Shown here one piece after another: positions 1 to 12,091 of a DNA stretch of 64,000 nucleotides (position 1 is the stretch's first letter; each line of letters begins with the position of its first letter). Below the pieces are notes generated by a model, which saw only the letters and a list, made by a program, of their open reading frames with translations, did no database searches and had not been told where the DNA came from. Position numbers and translations under genes: made by a program. Source of the DNA: Tubulanus polymorphus (lineage: Eukaryota; Animalia; Nemertea); assembly GCF_964204645.1 (NCBI RefSeq), contig NC_134026.1, positions 8,641,950-8,705,949 of the forward strand. The letters are read 5' to 3'.

Positions 1-127
1 TATTTTACCACATTGTTGAGATTGATGTAGATGCGTAGAAAATACTAAGGATTTTAGTCGTATGGAGAGCTGATTTTTATACTATGAAAAGCTCTTCAAT
101 GCACTAGCTCTATCGATTTCATTGCAG

Positions 128-1595
128 ATGTTCGCCATTGAATTGACATCATATTTAAGTCTACAATATGCCTTACCAAAATCTCTCAGCGTCGCTAAGT
201 TGTGCGTCAATGTTATGGGAACTTTACTCGGAGGTAAGATGCGCGAAACAATTCCTGAAATTCCCAGCCCTGGGCAGCTGTTTCACAGAGATTAGATATT
301 TAAGTTTTAAACTTTGGACCTGCCTCGGAATTTTGGGTTAGACAGATAAATGATTATTGAATATCCATGGGCAAATAAATGTTTATTGCGCCGACTGAAA
401 ATCAACCTGTTGTATGATCAGAAAAAGATTATCTTAATAGCTATCATCTAAATGCACATTGAATCTATTGTGAACATGAAAGGGGCTACCAGAGTACTGT
501 GGAAGATTTTTCATGGATTTTGTAGAGTACATACTGGGTACATATGAAAATGAATTCATGATTTATTTTCTAGTTTTATCCTGTGAAAATCGACCTCGAT
601 TCTTCTTGCCACTACTGCCGTCATTAGAACGGATATGTCGGGCTTTCCCACCACTGTGCGAGCACGTCGTTCCGTTTCTGACACAGCTAGGAAAAGTATG
701 CGCCTCAGAAATTGCTGTGACGAGCAATAAGATATTATCAGGTTCGTATTGCAATTGTATTGTAACATTGCTTCCCTATACAATATACAAATAGCGTCAT
801 TGAATATTTCATGTTCATATTTGATATCTGGACGCCAGATTTGTGAGTTAGATAATGGACTCTTAAATGATCTCTCTTCGTTTTAAAGTCAATGATTAGA
901 CTCGACTCGCTGTCAAATTAATAATGTGAAGTGCAATGATTATGTTTTATAGAAATGCGCTTTATAAGTAAATAAATTATTATTATTATTATTATAAATT
1001 ACATAAACATGTCTTTTTCATTTAAAAAAACTCTTGGGATTGAATACCATATACATGTAGTCTGTTTTAATTAAAATGACTCTTGCAACAAATGTATCTC
1101 AGCTGAACTGGATCCTGAATATAAACATTTTACTCACAACTTTCAATAGAAATAATATTACTATTGATATTTTCACGGTATTTCAATATTACAGTTAACC
1201 TCACCTTACTCAACTTTTGTCTAACTTGGACAAAATCGAAATTATTTTCTGATTCCTATCCTTAACTCAGACTTTGCTTACCTCAGACGAATTTCGGTTC
1301 CAGTTAACCGAGTTAGTCGACGTTTACTGTAGTTCGATTTTTGAGAAAATCTTCATGGATGAAGGCTTTCATAATGTCATCGCAACAACTTCTTATTGCA
1401 GGTGCTTTCGATGACGATTTCAAGCCTCAGGAAAAGGCGGCGAATGCCAAGCATAGAAACGAGAAAGATATCGTTCGTAAAGTGAAAGAAATCAAAATCG
1501 AAGTAGAAAAAGTGAAGGATTTGCCACTTTATCATAAACTCTATACAGCTGTGCAGGATACGTACAGCGCCATAGTCGATTCGTCAGCCTTGTGA
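128..1595 (+). CDS. INTS2: Integrator complex subunit 2, last three coding exons (5' part lies outside the window)
   Basis: Exons 128-233, 574-741 and 1402-1595 have GT-AG boundaries and both introns are phase 1. The joined translation MFAIELTSYLSLQYALPKSLSVAKLCVNVMGTLLG-VLSCENRPRFFLPLLPSLERICRAFPPL...LGKVCASE matches the INTS2 C-terminus as I recall it (QYALPKSLSVARLAVNVMGTLL...CRAFPPL). Stop TGA at 1593-1595. Confidence 0.9.
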
Positions 1596-2115
1596 TATCG
1601 GTTATCCCCGTATGAAGTTGTATCTTGTTTGTTATTGACGTGTATACCGGTACGTAGATAGTGCGTACCGGAATGTATTACCTCAAGCCTTTCCACAATA
1701 CAGTCAACCCTTGATATACCGGCCTCGCATATACCACCACCGCCAGGTTTTCTTAATCTGCATCTTTAAACAAATGCATAGTAAAACACCCCCGATATAG
1801 CGCCATACTCGCTGTGCTGCCAAAATCGTTCTGCACCGATGTGGGCTGTAGTAGCTACTAGGTAAACACAGTACTACTTGAATGTCATCGATAGGAAAGA
1901 TTTCATCCTTCAAGGATCGAATAGAATGGAGGACTTCTGTGCAGTCATCCGTCATACGTAATACATGTATAACCGACAAATTTCGATAAACTTGTCTTCA
2001 AATGCATTTTTACTTCACCTTAGAATGTCACATTATGTCTTTACACAGTTTACCACAAAGTAACTTTCGACCGTTCTCCTTCGCATGAACACTGAGGGAA
2101 TGTGGTTTTGTACCA

Positions 2116-2254
2116 GGGGCCGGTTGCGTAGTCATGGCTTAGACTTAAGACCAGTCTAAGACCAACTTAATTTATAGCCAATCTCCCAACTTTAGACCAG
2201 TCTTAAGATTTAAGACCACTTTTAGGACTTAAGTCACGACTGTGCAACTGGCCC
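2116..2254. mobile_element. Short MITE with GGGCC...GGCCC termini; related copies at about 15034-15162 and 30980-31100
   Basis: Terminal inverted repeats ggggccggttgcgtagtc / gactgtgcaactggccc enclose internal ttaagacca repeats. The same internal sequence recurs at about 15.1 kb and 31.0 kb. Confidence 0.75.
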
Positions 2255-2578
2255 TGTTCCACTAATTATGTACATCCATACATAATTAGTGGAATTCAGT
2301 TTTTGGAATTTTGTTTTTACTTAAGATACCCAATTGTAAAAAATCCTTGATAGAAACTTGATATCTGTTGTCTTTGATTTAAAAAAAAACAATTTCTAAG
2401 ATATGCTTCATAAGGGTATTATGCTTCATATACTTTGAGTTGTAATAAGAATAATTTCGAAGTAGCAATATAAATACGACTTTAGCTTATATTTTGTACA
2501 TATTGTGTATATATTTTTACAATAAAATATGTGCTTTAAAATTAAAAGATTCGAAGTCTTCTTGAATTTCCTTGAAAG

Positions 2579-3440
2579 GGTCGTCATTAGTTCCAAGACG
2601 AGTTTGTCGATGACGTCATATATAAATAATAACATAACCACGTGCGTCCTGGTACGCGCTCTTATCTGTTAGAGCAGTTGGAAATGTCTATTTCAACTTG
2701 ACTTGAGAGAGAGCATCAGACCGTGGCCTAGCCCAGTCGGGCTTGATAGTAAATACCTGATAAAAGTCTTATCAGGACTAGAAAGGACTGGCAGTTGACC
2801 TAAAACATCGTTTTTTAATCCATTCTTTACTGTAATGAAGGATTGCAAAAGACATGTCGGTCTGAATCGAACTCTACTGAGAAGGCTTAATCAAGAAGAA
2901 AAATAAAGAATGTTTTGTTTCGTGTGTTATGTTTTTTTCTGAAATCTCTTATGATAAGCTATCAGTTAGTTCATACTACTGAAATAGGACAGGGTTTCGA
3001 ATTGATATTTTCAGTAGACCCAGTTTCACATATCATACTGAATTTAAGACGAATTGAAGAACTTTGAACTATTCTATGATTCCGGCTATTGTTGAATGGG
3101 TATCTAAAAACACATCAATAGTCTACTAGCAAGAGTTATTTGATTTTATCATTATAAGTCTTGCAAGAAAATAAACATTACTACTTCTACGCAAGTAAAT
3201 AATTCATTTTTTTTATTTACAAACTAGTGGTTATTCGTTTTTGAATAATGTTGAACAAAGAATCATCAAAAGATGATAACGAAGGAAAAGATTGCGGCAA
3301 TTTGTTTATGATCATACAATTCGGCGCACAGAATTTGTTGAATAAAGTCTTTGTATTTAAATCTGTTCCTCACGCACGTGGTTATGTTATTATTTACCAA
3401 TGACGTCATCGACAAACTCGTCTTGGAACTAATGACGACC
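2579..3440. mobile_element. Non-autonomous DNA transposon with ~70 bp TIRs and a 9-bp target-site duplication (Mutator- or Merlin-like)
   Basis: ggtcgtcattagttccaagacgagtttgtcgatgacgtcat...accacgtgcgt at 2579-2648 is inverted at 3372-3440. It is flanked by the direct repeat ccttgaaag (2570-2578 and 3441-3449). Confidence 0.85.
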
Positions 3441-5068
3441 CCTTGAAAGTCTCGAGACAGACTGGCTACAGCTTGCTCCCATGACTAGCTTCCATACAGC
3501 CGGGGATACCTCCCGAAACAGCCAAACTATAGCTCCGAAACTTCCATCGCCGCATTTTCAGTGGTATCGGTAAAATTGTTATTCGAAAGATTTCCCATTT
3601 CATGTTTGATTCATGTGCGAATCGCAATAACAGATTCGGTTTTAGTGGCCACTTTTTGACAGCGGGGATTCTGTCGAGAATTTTTAAGCTTATACTTCGC
3701 CAAATAGAACTCTTGACTCGGACGCAGATAATGATTAGAATCTTACGATTGAAACTGAAGGATTGAAACAATACACGGTTGAGTTAATCGGAATATGAAA
3801 ATACGTGTATTTGTGTGGTGTAAATATTGAGCTGACATATGTCTACATATATATTCGTTCATTTAGATCTTCCAGCAACCACGCACGATCGCGAGTATTC
3901 TCTGGAATCTGTGCGTCCCGTATAGAACGAGACTATGTGCATAGAAAAAGATGTGCAAAATTTGATTGATAATGATAAGATATATAATATGAATTTAAAA
4001 CTAAGGATCTAGGTTAACTGGAGGTGTGCCAGGGATACCAGTCTCCTGAAAGATCCATGCATCCGGTATTACGTATATTTCGGAGATTTCCATCGATTTT
4101 TTCTGATTGGAAAATTCGGAGATTAATTGCTGCCGAGTTTCATAACTGATTAAATATTAAAGATATGAAATTACTTCTACACAATTCGGGAAGGAAAACT
4201 GCGTCGTACAGCCATTATTATTTTAGTCGTGCTCCAGTACAGTGCGTTGATTTCTTTTGTTTTTCTGCATAGGAAGGTCATTGCAAATGTTCTTTATTTG
4301 ATAACATATTTATTTCATCAATATTAGAACTCCAAATTCATTTGAAACCACGTCTTCAATACGCTTAAATTTGAAATTTTATTACGCACTTTTTACGCGG
4401 TTTTGGTTCTTTAGTCCTTTAGCAATACTGAATCAAGCAGAATTGTTTGAAATCATGGTGCATGGTCCAGGTGCTGGGCGTCACCAGAAATTTCAGCGGC
4501 GTGGGAGATCAAACCGGCAATAGAATACGAATGCCAAAGGAGCAAACTGATTCCCCAGAGCCGGGGATGTAAGCGCCCCTTCGCGAGAACATTTTGAAAA
4601 TCAGGTGCCTCAGATGAGTTTTCCAGGAATTTAAGCATGCAGTTTCGAATCCAAAAGTGCGTGTTAAAGTGTGACCTCATGAATGAGATAAGCTGAAATT
4701 TCGACCCCACGTTTAGTTAGATTCAATAACTGGGGAGCTAGGGCCTGGACTTTCTTGTTGAAAATTAACTCTACACCAAGCACAAATTAAAACGTAAATA
4801 TTCGATAACCAATATATACGCATTTGAATATTGATATTAACCTATAAAGAATGATTATATGATATCGATACCAAAATATGACCAGAAATCACGCATGCAT
4901 TAACTGCACCTCGGCAAGGATTTGAACTTGATCATATCGTGAGACTCTGCCACGTTCCTCCCTCGGCACGGATTTGGCATCACAAGGCTCTACCATGTTG
5001 CCCTCTCCATGTCACCTTGATTTGAATCTCTACTGGAGTAGAGGATGCACAATTTACAAAGCTTTTAA

Positions 5069-5427
5069 CCGGATTACCTCAAGTCACTTCTCGATGTTCG
5101 ATTCCTTCGCTCTAGTCAATCAAAACAACTAGTCAAGCCAACATCAAACCGCAATTTTGGCGAAAGGGCTTTTCAGATTGCTGGTCCAAGTCTTTGGGAT
5201 GCAATTCCTGATCAAGTTAAATCTAGTCTCACACTCGAATCTTTTGAATCGAATCTTAAAACATATCTTTTTATACGCACCTATTTCCCATGATCTCATT
5301 ATAAATTGTGCCTTTTTAACTTCTGTATTGTCTTGATTTTATTGTAAACATTGTAAAGCGCAGTGATTATTTTATAGTACTGCGCTATAAAAGAAAATGA
5401 ACTATTATTATATTATTATCATATTAT
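5069..5427 (+). mobile_element. 3' end of an L2/CR1-clade LINE (ORF2 C-terminus plus 3' tail)
   Basis: 5069-5293 translates to PDYLKSLL...FGERAFQIAGPSLWDAIP...FESNLKTYLF, the typical L2/CR1 ORF2 end. It is followed by a tgtaaagcgc...gcgctataa stem-loop and an (ATT)n tail. Confidence 0.8.
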
Positions 5428-6517
5428 TCCAAGGAGCAATTAAATGCATAAACCGTATATGCAGTTGAGCCCATTCCAGTAGAGTTCAACGTAAAACGAA
5501 AAATATAACCCGACTAAAGCACCAATTTTACTACATTCATCATTAGACCGCAGTACATCATAATGAGGACAAACAGTATTCTAACTAATATGATTTACAG
5601 GAAGTTTTGATACGTGTGTGCTTAATGAAAATCTAAAAACAAGAAAAGTTACCTGATAATTCATCTATCTAGGAGATGATATGCAACTCATTCATTATGA
5701 GCTGATACTGTCTGAATGCGGGCCAGGAGGTGTACGTAGTTATGGAAACGTCCCCTACTCGGGAGTTCGTGACCGTGACGGATGCTCTGCAGGCTTAAAA
5801 CTCGGAATTCTCGGAGACAGATTGATGTGTAACAAATAATTCTTTTTTTGATAGTCATCTGTCACCTTGAGTCAGACCTACACACATAGGATTTGATTTA
5901 AAGTAAGTTTTATTTTCCTTTTTAGCGTTTCATCTGAATATCTTGTGGTGTGGGAATATAAAGAAAAATTCGCTAAAATTTCTCATTCTTAACAAACTTC
6001 TTGAATATGTGTATATAATTTGATATTCGAGGATTTTGTTTTGTATTCTACCGATATTTCATATTCAACACATTCGCTGAATAAGGCCAGACTCCCTGCT
6101 CCATCTGAAATTATGGTGACTGGAAATCTGATCTTTTTTTCGGGGCATATTTCATGTACGTATATATGGACAGTTTTTTCTGTGAAACTTGCCGTGCGCG
6201 TATGAAACTTCTCTGAATGGAAGTCATAAATTCAATTGACAATTATTCCTTTCACGGACACGTTAAGGCACCACAGTGCTTAGTACGTAGAAATTCTGTG
6301 CATTCTGTAAATTTTCTGATTTCATCAGAAGCAGCAATCTTCGGTTCTGTGACAACATTGCTAATGCGCGATATTGAACGGATGATGACGAGCACAACAA
6401 AGAATAACGACTCACAGAAAGAAAGCTGTAGATGAGATGTACTTTTCAACTCATTGAAACTTCTACTGATGAATTCATTCGCGTTCAGTGCAATAGAACA
6501 CTCAAACGTGTTTCGAT

Positions 6518-7512
6518 ATGTTTCAGAACAACCACACTACAAGCAGTAGCGTATTGACGACATTTCAACCCAACATGTGTCAAAGGATTAAAACTCGCCC
6601 TATTAACCGGTTTAACCTAGTCAGCATTTCAACGTATTTAGGCTGTTATCTACCGGCGTCAGCACTGGTTATAACATTCAACGCATTCACGTTGATAGTT
6701 CTAAAACGATTTAAATCTGAAAATTATTTTCTCATAAAAGTTCTCGCTATTAACGATCTTTTGTTCATGATCACCACGTTCATTCTTTACGCACTGAGAT
6801 CTGTCTATATCTACGTCGTTTTGGGAGATATTGTGTTTCGCAGGAATGACTGGCATTTTGGTTGGATTTTTATCTCAGTTGCCATGCCGTTTTTCTACAT
6901 ATTTCATATGACGCGTAACTGGTGCACTGTACTGCTCAGTCTGGAGCGGTTAGTCGTCGTATTGTTCCCAATAAAATCTCGTAAAATACCCAAAAAGAAT
7001 ATATCAGCATGGTTAATCGCATTCATTTCACTTCTTAGTTTTTGCGGGCATTTCATTCAATTTCTACCCGACTCTGGTCTTAGATTTATGAACTGTCCCG
7101 AACGTTGGCCTTATATTATGATTCGCGCAAAGAGATATCGCTACTGGCGTGGTTGGTTTAACTATACGAAATGGCATGGCGTATCTGAGCTATTTCTATT
7201 CTTTTATCTTAGTGTCACGTTCCCGATTTGCTTTTTAATTTTCATCAATTCCATTCTTATTTCGGCGACATTCCGTCGTCGGGTTACTCGACGTTCGGAT
7301 CTCGGTGTTACTGATGATGAATCGTCTAGAAGGGAAATGAGAGTTTTTAGTTTTATCGACCGTTTTAGTCGAATAAAATTTATGCCCATATTCAAGTATC
7401 AAAGACTAATCGGCTTAGCATTTTCTATCATCGATTCGTCAGTAAACTTTATCGTGTATTGCACAACGAATGGAAATTCAGAAAAGTAGCTATTGATATT
7501 CTAAACTTTTAA
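6518..7512 (+). pseudogene. Single-exon class A (peptide-receptor-like) GPCR, apparently lacking TM6 and with a C-terminal frameshift
   Basis: TM1-5 motifs are present (LAINDL, SLERLVVVLFP, FPICFLIFIN) as is TM7 (DSSVNFIVY). No hydrophobic TM6 follows RREMRV. The ORF stops at 7489, but adding one A at 7474-7476 restores a helix-8-like KFRKVAIDILNF ending at TAA 7510-7512. Confidence 0.7.
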
Positions 7513-7954
7513 ACGAAAAAGAACCTTCTACTAGTACGAATACATATATAAACATATGTTAAACAATATATCTGTATTCATACTAAATCAATCCCCTTAA
7601 ATATCCTCATTGCGTGGGCGTCCCCAGGAATTTTCAATTCTCCTAAAAATGGCCAAATTCTATATCCAGCTCCATGCACTGTTGTAAATGACTGCTGAAT
7701 ACCGGGATTAGGTCTTTGTGTTCCAGTGACATGACGTACCCTGTATGTTTCTATTGATCTGACATCAGGAAACATAGCGTAGCGAATGAACCCCCTTAAG
7801 TGCTTCTCATAAGTCAGTGTCGAAAAATTTTTGTCCAGATTTTTTCGAAATTTGGATGCAGTTTTGATGATTTTTTTGGAAAATGAACAATTTTGAAAAA
7901 TCATAGGGATCCCATATGCATTTTAATGTATTCTAAGAACAGCACTAAATGCCT

Positions 7955-8006
7955 ATTATTATTATCATTATTATCATTATTATCGTTATCGTTATCGTTA
8001 TCATTG

Positions 8007-8038
<32 letters not shown>

Positions 8039-8052
8039 TTTATTATTATTAT
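7955..8052. repeat. (TTA)/(TTATCA)/(TTATCG) microsatellite
   Basis: Directly visible tandem tri- and hexanucleotide run. Confidence 0.9.
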
Positions 8053-11000
8053 TTTACATTAAATACATTTTCCAAAAAATCTATATGTTTTTCATTTTTG
8101 ATCCTGTCGGACCTGTGGCGACGTCACGGTTAATTCCCATTTAAGGGCAATTGCCATATTTTAGTGAAAACAAGAATATTTATATGGATTCGAAAAAGTT
8201 ATACCATACTAATGATCAATGGCTATTTGACTGGATATTTGCAGTGTATTTTCATGCAGAAATATTCACGGATTTCTCGTCCCGGTAAAAGATATATGTA
8301 GAGATTTACCGCGTAGTTTCAAACATGTAATTGTGTGAAAATGCCGAATGAGGAATCTCTGTATTCCGGGGAGATTGGTAAAAATGCGATAATAGTGGAT
8401 GGAAGTGTAAATACTGCATTTGAATTTGAATTTGGTATAACTGCTGTACGGTCGACCAAGTTAAATCTGAGTAGAATTCATCATTCACGATAATCGACCC
8501 TTGGAGCTGTGGACTGACTGTATCAATAGACCGACGCAAGTTAAGGCCATGTTTTATTTTTTGCAAATCACATTCTATTGTGCGCGTGAAACGAAATATC
8601 TTCTCTCATAAATCTGATACAATTAACTCAATGTTTTATTATTGTGTTTAGATGAAACTAAATTGAATGTGAATATTTGTTGTACACGAATTCATTCTAA
8701 ATGGTAAAAATGTCTATGTTTTATTTGAACAGATGCAGAAGTTCAATTCATCAAATCACGCTAAAGATTTTACTTTTTTACTTAAAAAAACAGCTTACAA
8801 CGCTCCACCTGAGAGCTTGTTCAGAACTTTGCTAGACACTGCGGGGCTCTACCAAAACTCTCCAAAACTCTTTAAAGCTATGTTTTAACTTTCAAAATTC
8901 TGGCGGCCCTATTTAAATCTACCTTTCTGGTGTCAAAATTGTGATTTAATTCCAAGAAAATGATTATCTGTGATTGGCATCTCATCTAGGAACTAATATT
9001 TTGATTGGCAGATCCCATTAGAATTGATATTTTCATGTATAGTTGTAAGTTGATATAGAATACAAATTTCATATTAACATCGTCGAAGACAACGTTGACA
9101 AAAGCGACGTTTATGTAGATTCTATTTTATTGTACCGTAATTAATCTCACAAATTTTCTTCCTTTGAAACTGCAATTTCGCGTTCGCAGAATCATGCGAT
9201 GCTGTTCATCGCAGACAAAAATAGCCATTGTTCTAATCACTTTGATTCGTGGTGATTTGATACAACACTTATCGTTCTGGTAAACATTCATTTTATTTCT
9301 AAGCGTATACAAATTGTAAACAGATGAATCTGACATGAGTAAAATATCGTATTTACTGCGAAACATGCAGTAGTAGGAACACACGCGTGATGAAATCACG
9401 AACTCGGGTTTCATTATAGGCTCGAGTTTCATACATAATAAATTCACGAGAATTCACTAATCATTACTGCATGCAAAACCCTTAGTAGATAAACTTATGC
9501 ATTGTATGGGGAGCTCATCTGATTTATTAAAAGAATTACGGATCGAAATGCCACAGGCGTGTAACAGACAGTATAAATCAGCCCTTGCCCATCGATTAAA
9601 AGATATAACCTCCGCAGCGGGGGCCAACTAAGAAAATTGGAAAGCCGGGGTCCAGAAGAAAAGAAAAGAAAAGACATTTCTCGAGCGGAGTTGCCATGTC
9701 AAAGGCCTAGCCGGGTACAACCATGTATTAAGATATTTCACTTTTGAATAAATACATCCTAAAAGATGCAAATTCCGAGAGGATGAGTGTCATATTTTCA
9801 CGTTTTAACTACATGAATCTCGTGAGGAAAAGGGCAGCCTCAATGGGAAGGCAGGGGCCCGGACTCCGATACCAACCCTAAATCTACCACTTAACGTGAG
9901 GTCCTTGCTTTGATTCAACTGACTGTGAGCATCAAAACCGTTCTTCGTATATTTTTTTTTTACATACACAGGTTTTATCATGGACTTGTTGTATTTTGAG
10001 TCCATGGTTTTTATCCAACCGAAGACTTACCAGGACTCAATGTCTTAGTGGATTATGGTTATATAGCCATCCATCAAAGAGATTTAAACCGTTCCGAGTT
10101 AGCCACGTTTCCCGACAACGCGAATGTGCTTTTTGTTACTTCTAGAACAGTACGTCACTAACAAATATATCGCACGTTGCATTGCGCGTGCTTCTCGGTA
10201 GTTTGCGTTGGTGATCATCAGTGTTGCGAGATCAGTGCTTTCATGGGTACTTTCACTGATTACCAACTCATGAAAAGGGAATACATGAACTGACCGGGTG
10301 AAAATTATGCGCTTGTCGACGTCATTATTAGCATCATAATTCATCGACGTACTACAAATTTTAGGGCACATCATATCTCATATAAATTTAATTCAATTTA
10401 ATTTCTTTACTTCGTACCGAAGAGTACAACGCTCATTCAGCTGGAAAAAACACGATATTTATAACATGTACAGTATGTGAGACATAAGAAAAGATCCAGT
10501 ATAAGAAAAGATTCAGTATTTTGTATCAATAGTAATACCAGTATGTGTTCTATTAAAGATCTATTTCATGTGATTTATTATATACTTAAACATGTGCAGA
10601 AATAATCTAAAAAGGTGGATACTTCATTATAAGTGAAATTGGTAATCGGATAATTCAGAAGTTCTGAATTGTACCGTACTTTTCATAATTGCTAAACCAA
10701 ATAAAACTATTGTATTACTGTTAGAATAATGTTCATATACATCGATATATAGTATGGGTTCTGCATGAGTCGATGTGCACTACGTCATCAATATTGACCT
10801 TTTCAATCATGAATTTTGGCGCTTATTTTGTTATTAGATACATTTCACGACCCTTATCTCATTTTTGATAAATTTTGATAATCACTTTTGAGACGATGTG
10901 CACTACTACATCATCAATATATCGGCGCTAAGACTGGTTGCCGGTCAATTCTATCCTTTACCGAATATGCCGTAATTTGTATCTAGATGATAATTTATCA

Positions 11001-12091
11001 TTTTAACACGTTCGCTGCCGATGACGAGATAAATCGTTATGGTGGGTGTACCGCAGTTATATCGTCATCGATTCAACGTCATTTCATAGAATTATGAACG
11101 GTCTGGCAGAGGCGAGAAACCAGCTAACAATCGTCATGCGGTATGAAGAGACAAATATATTGTTGATGGGGGTAACGAAATGTGACAAATGTTTCAAAAA
11201 TTGGTGGAGCTTGGATCTTATTTTTTTTAATGTGGCCCCGGATCAGCCTTTAATTAGCTTAATGTACACAACGCATAGAAACACGGAAAAAAAATGTTTG
11301 ATCTCAGAAACGCTAAGAAACATGTTCTGTCTCCTTTTTTCATGTTTCCCGCGGCGTGTACGTTTACGAGAAAGGAGAACAACGTTTCCGAGATCAAACA
11401 TGTTTGTTTCCGTGTTTCTATGGGCCTTACCAGATTTTGAGCAACTAGCCCCGCGATTCTTATTCAATGACAGCATGAGCAGTAAAAAGGAACTATTTGT
11501 AGTTTATTCATATTTGTATCTTACTAACAGAAAAATGGAAATATATTTGTAGCCAATGCAGAGACTCAATGCAGGATCGAGAGGGAAGGAGGGTCCTTCT
11601 CCAGAAAATCATACCCTTCGTATTTTTACGTCTGAAGGCTTTGCTAAATTGTGGATCGAGTTGAATGGCGCGGTACAGTTTAAATCAATTAGAAATGGCA
11701 AAGAAATTGACGCCCCGTAGTACGAATGTATTTACGATACTGTGAAATCAGCAACTGATTTTGTTTTACCACAAATGGATTTCATCGTCACGCAGCGGCG
11801 TTGGTGATGTCATAGAAGGAGAAGAAGAAGGAGAAGAAGGAGAAGGAGAAGGAAAGGAGAATGAGGAGGAGGAGGAGAACACATTGTGTTGGCGGGTTTC
11901 AACGGTCAATAAGTCACCAGTTGATCTAGGTACCGACAGCTTCTTAATAACCAGTATTTGATTCCATCTTCAGAAGCAGTTAAGATCGTTACGAACATGA
12001 TCAGACGCATTTGTCAGTTAGAGTAATCCGGCACGCGCGTAACTCGCGGTGAAGAAACACGCATATATAAATATCATACGTACCAGGATAC

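Noticed and set aside
2755-2792. ctgataa...gaaa hammerhead-like motif in the 2682/26334 MITE
   Set aside because: The core deviates from CUGANGA in both copies and no consistent stems I/III are present.
11046-11552. 168-aa ORF
   Set aside because: It has a non-ATG start, no motif and no splice-supported continuation.
11761-11961. Glu-rich ORF upstream of the opsin
   Set aside because: It derives from a GAA/GGA purine microsatellite.
12024-12071. TAATCC (Otx/Crx-type) site and TATA-like box upstream of the opsin ATG
   Set aside because: A single hexamer is expected by chance, and the TATA-like run is too close to the ATG to leave a 5' UTR.
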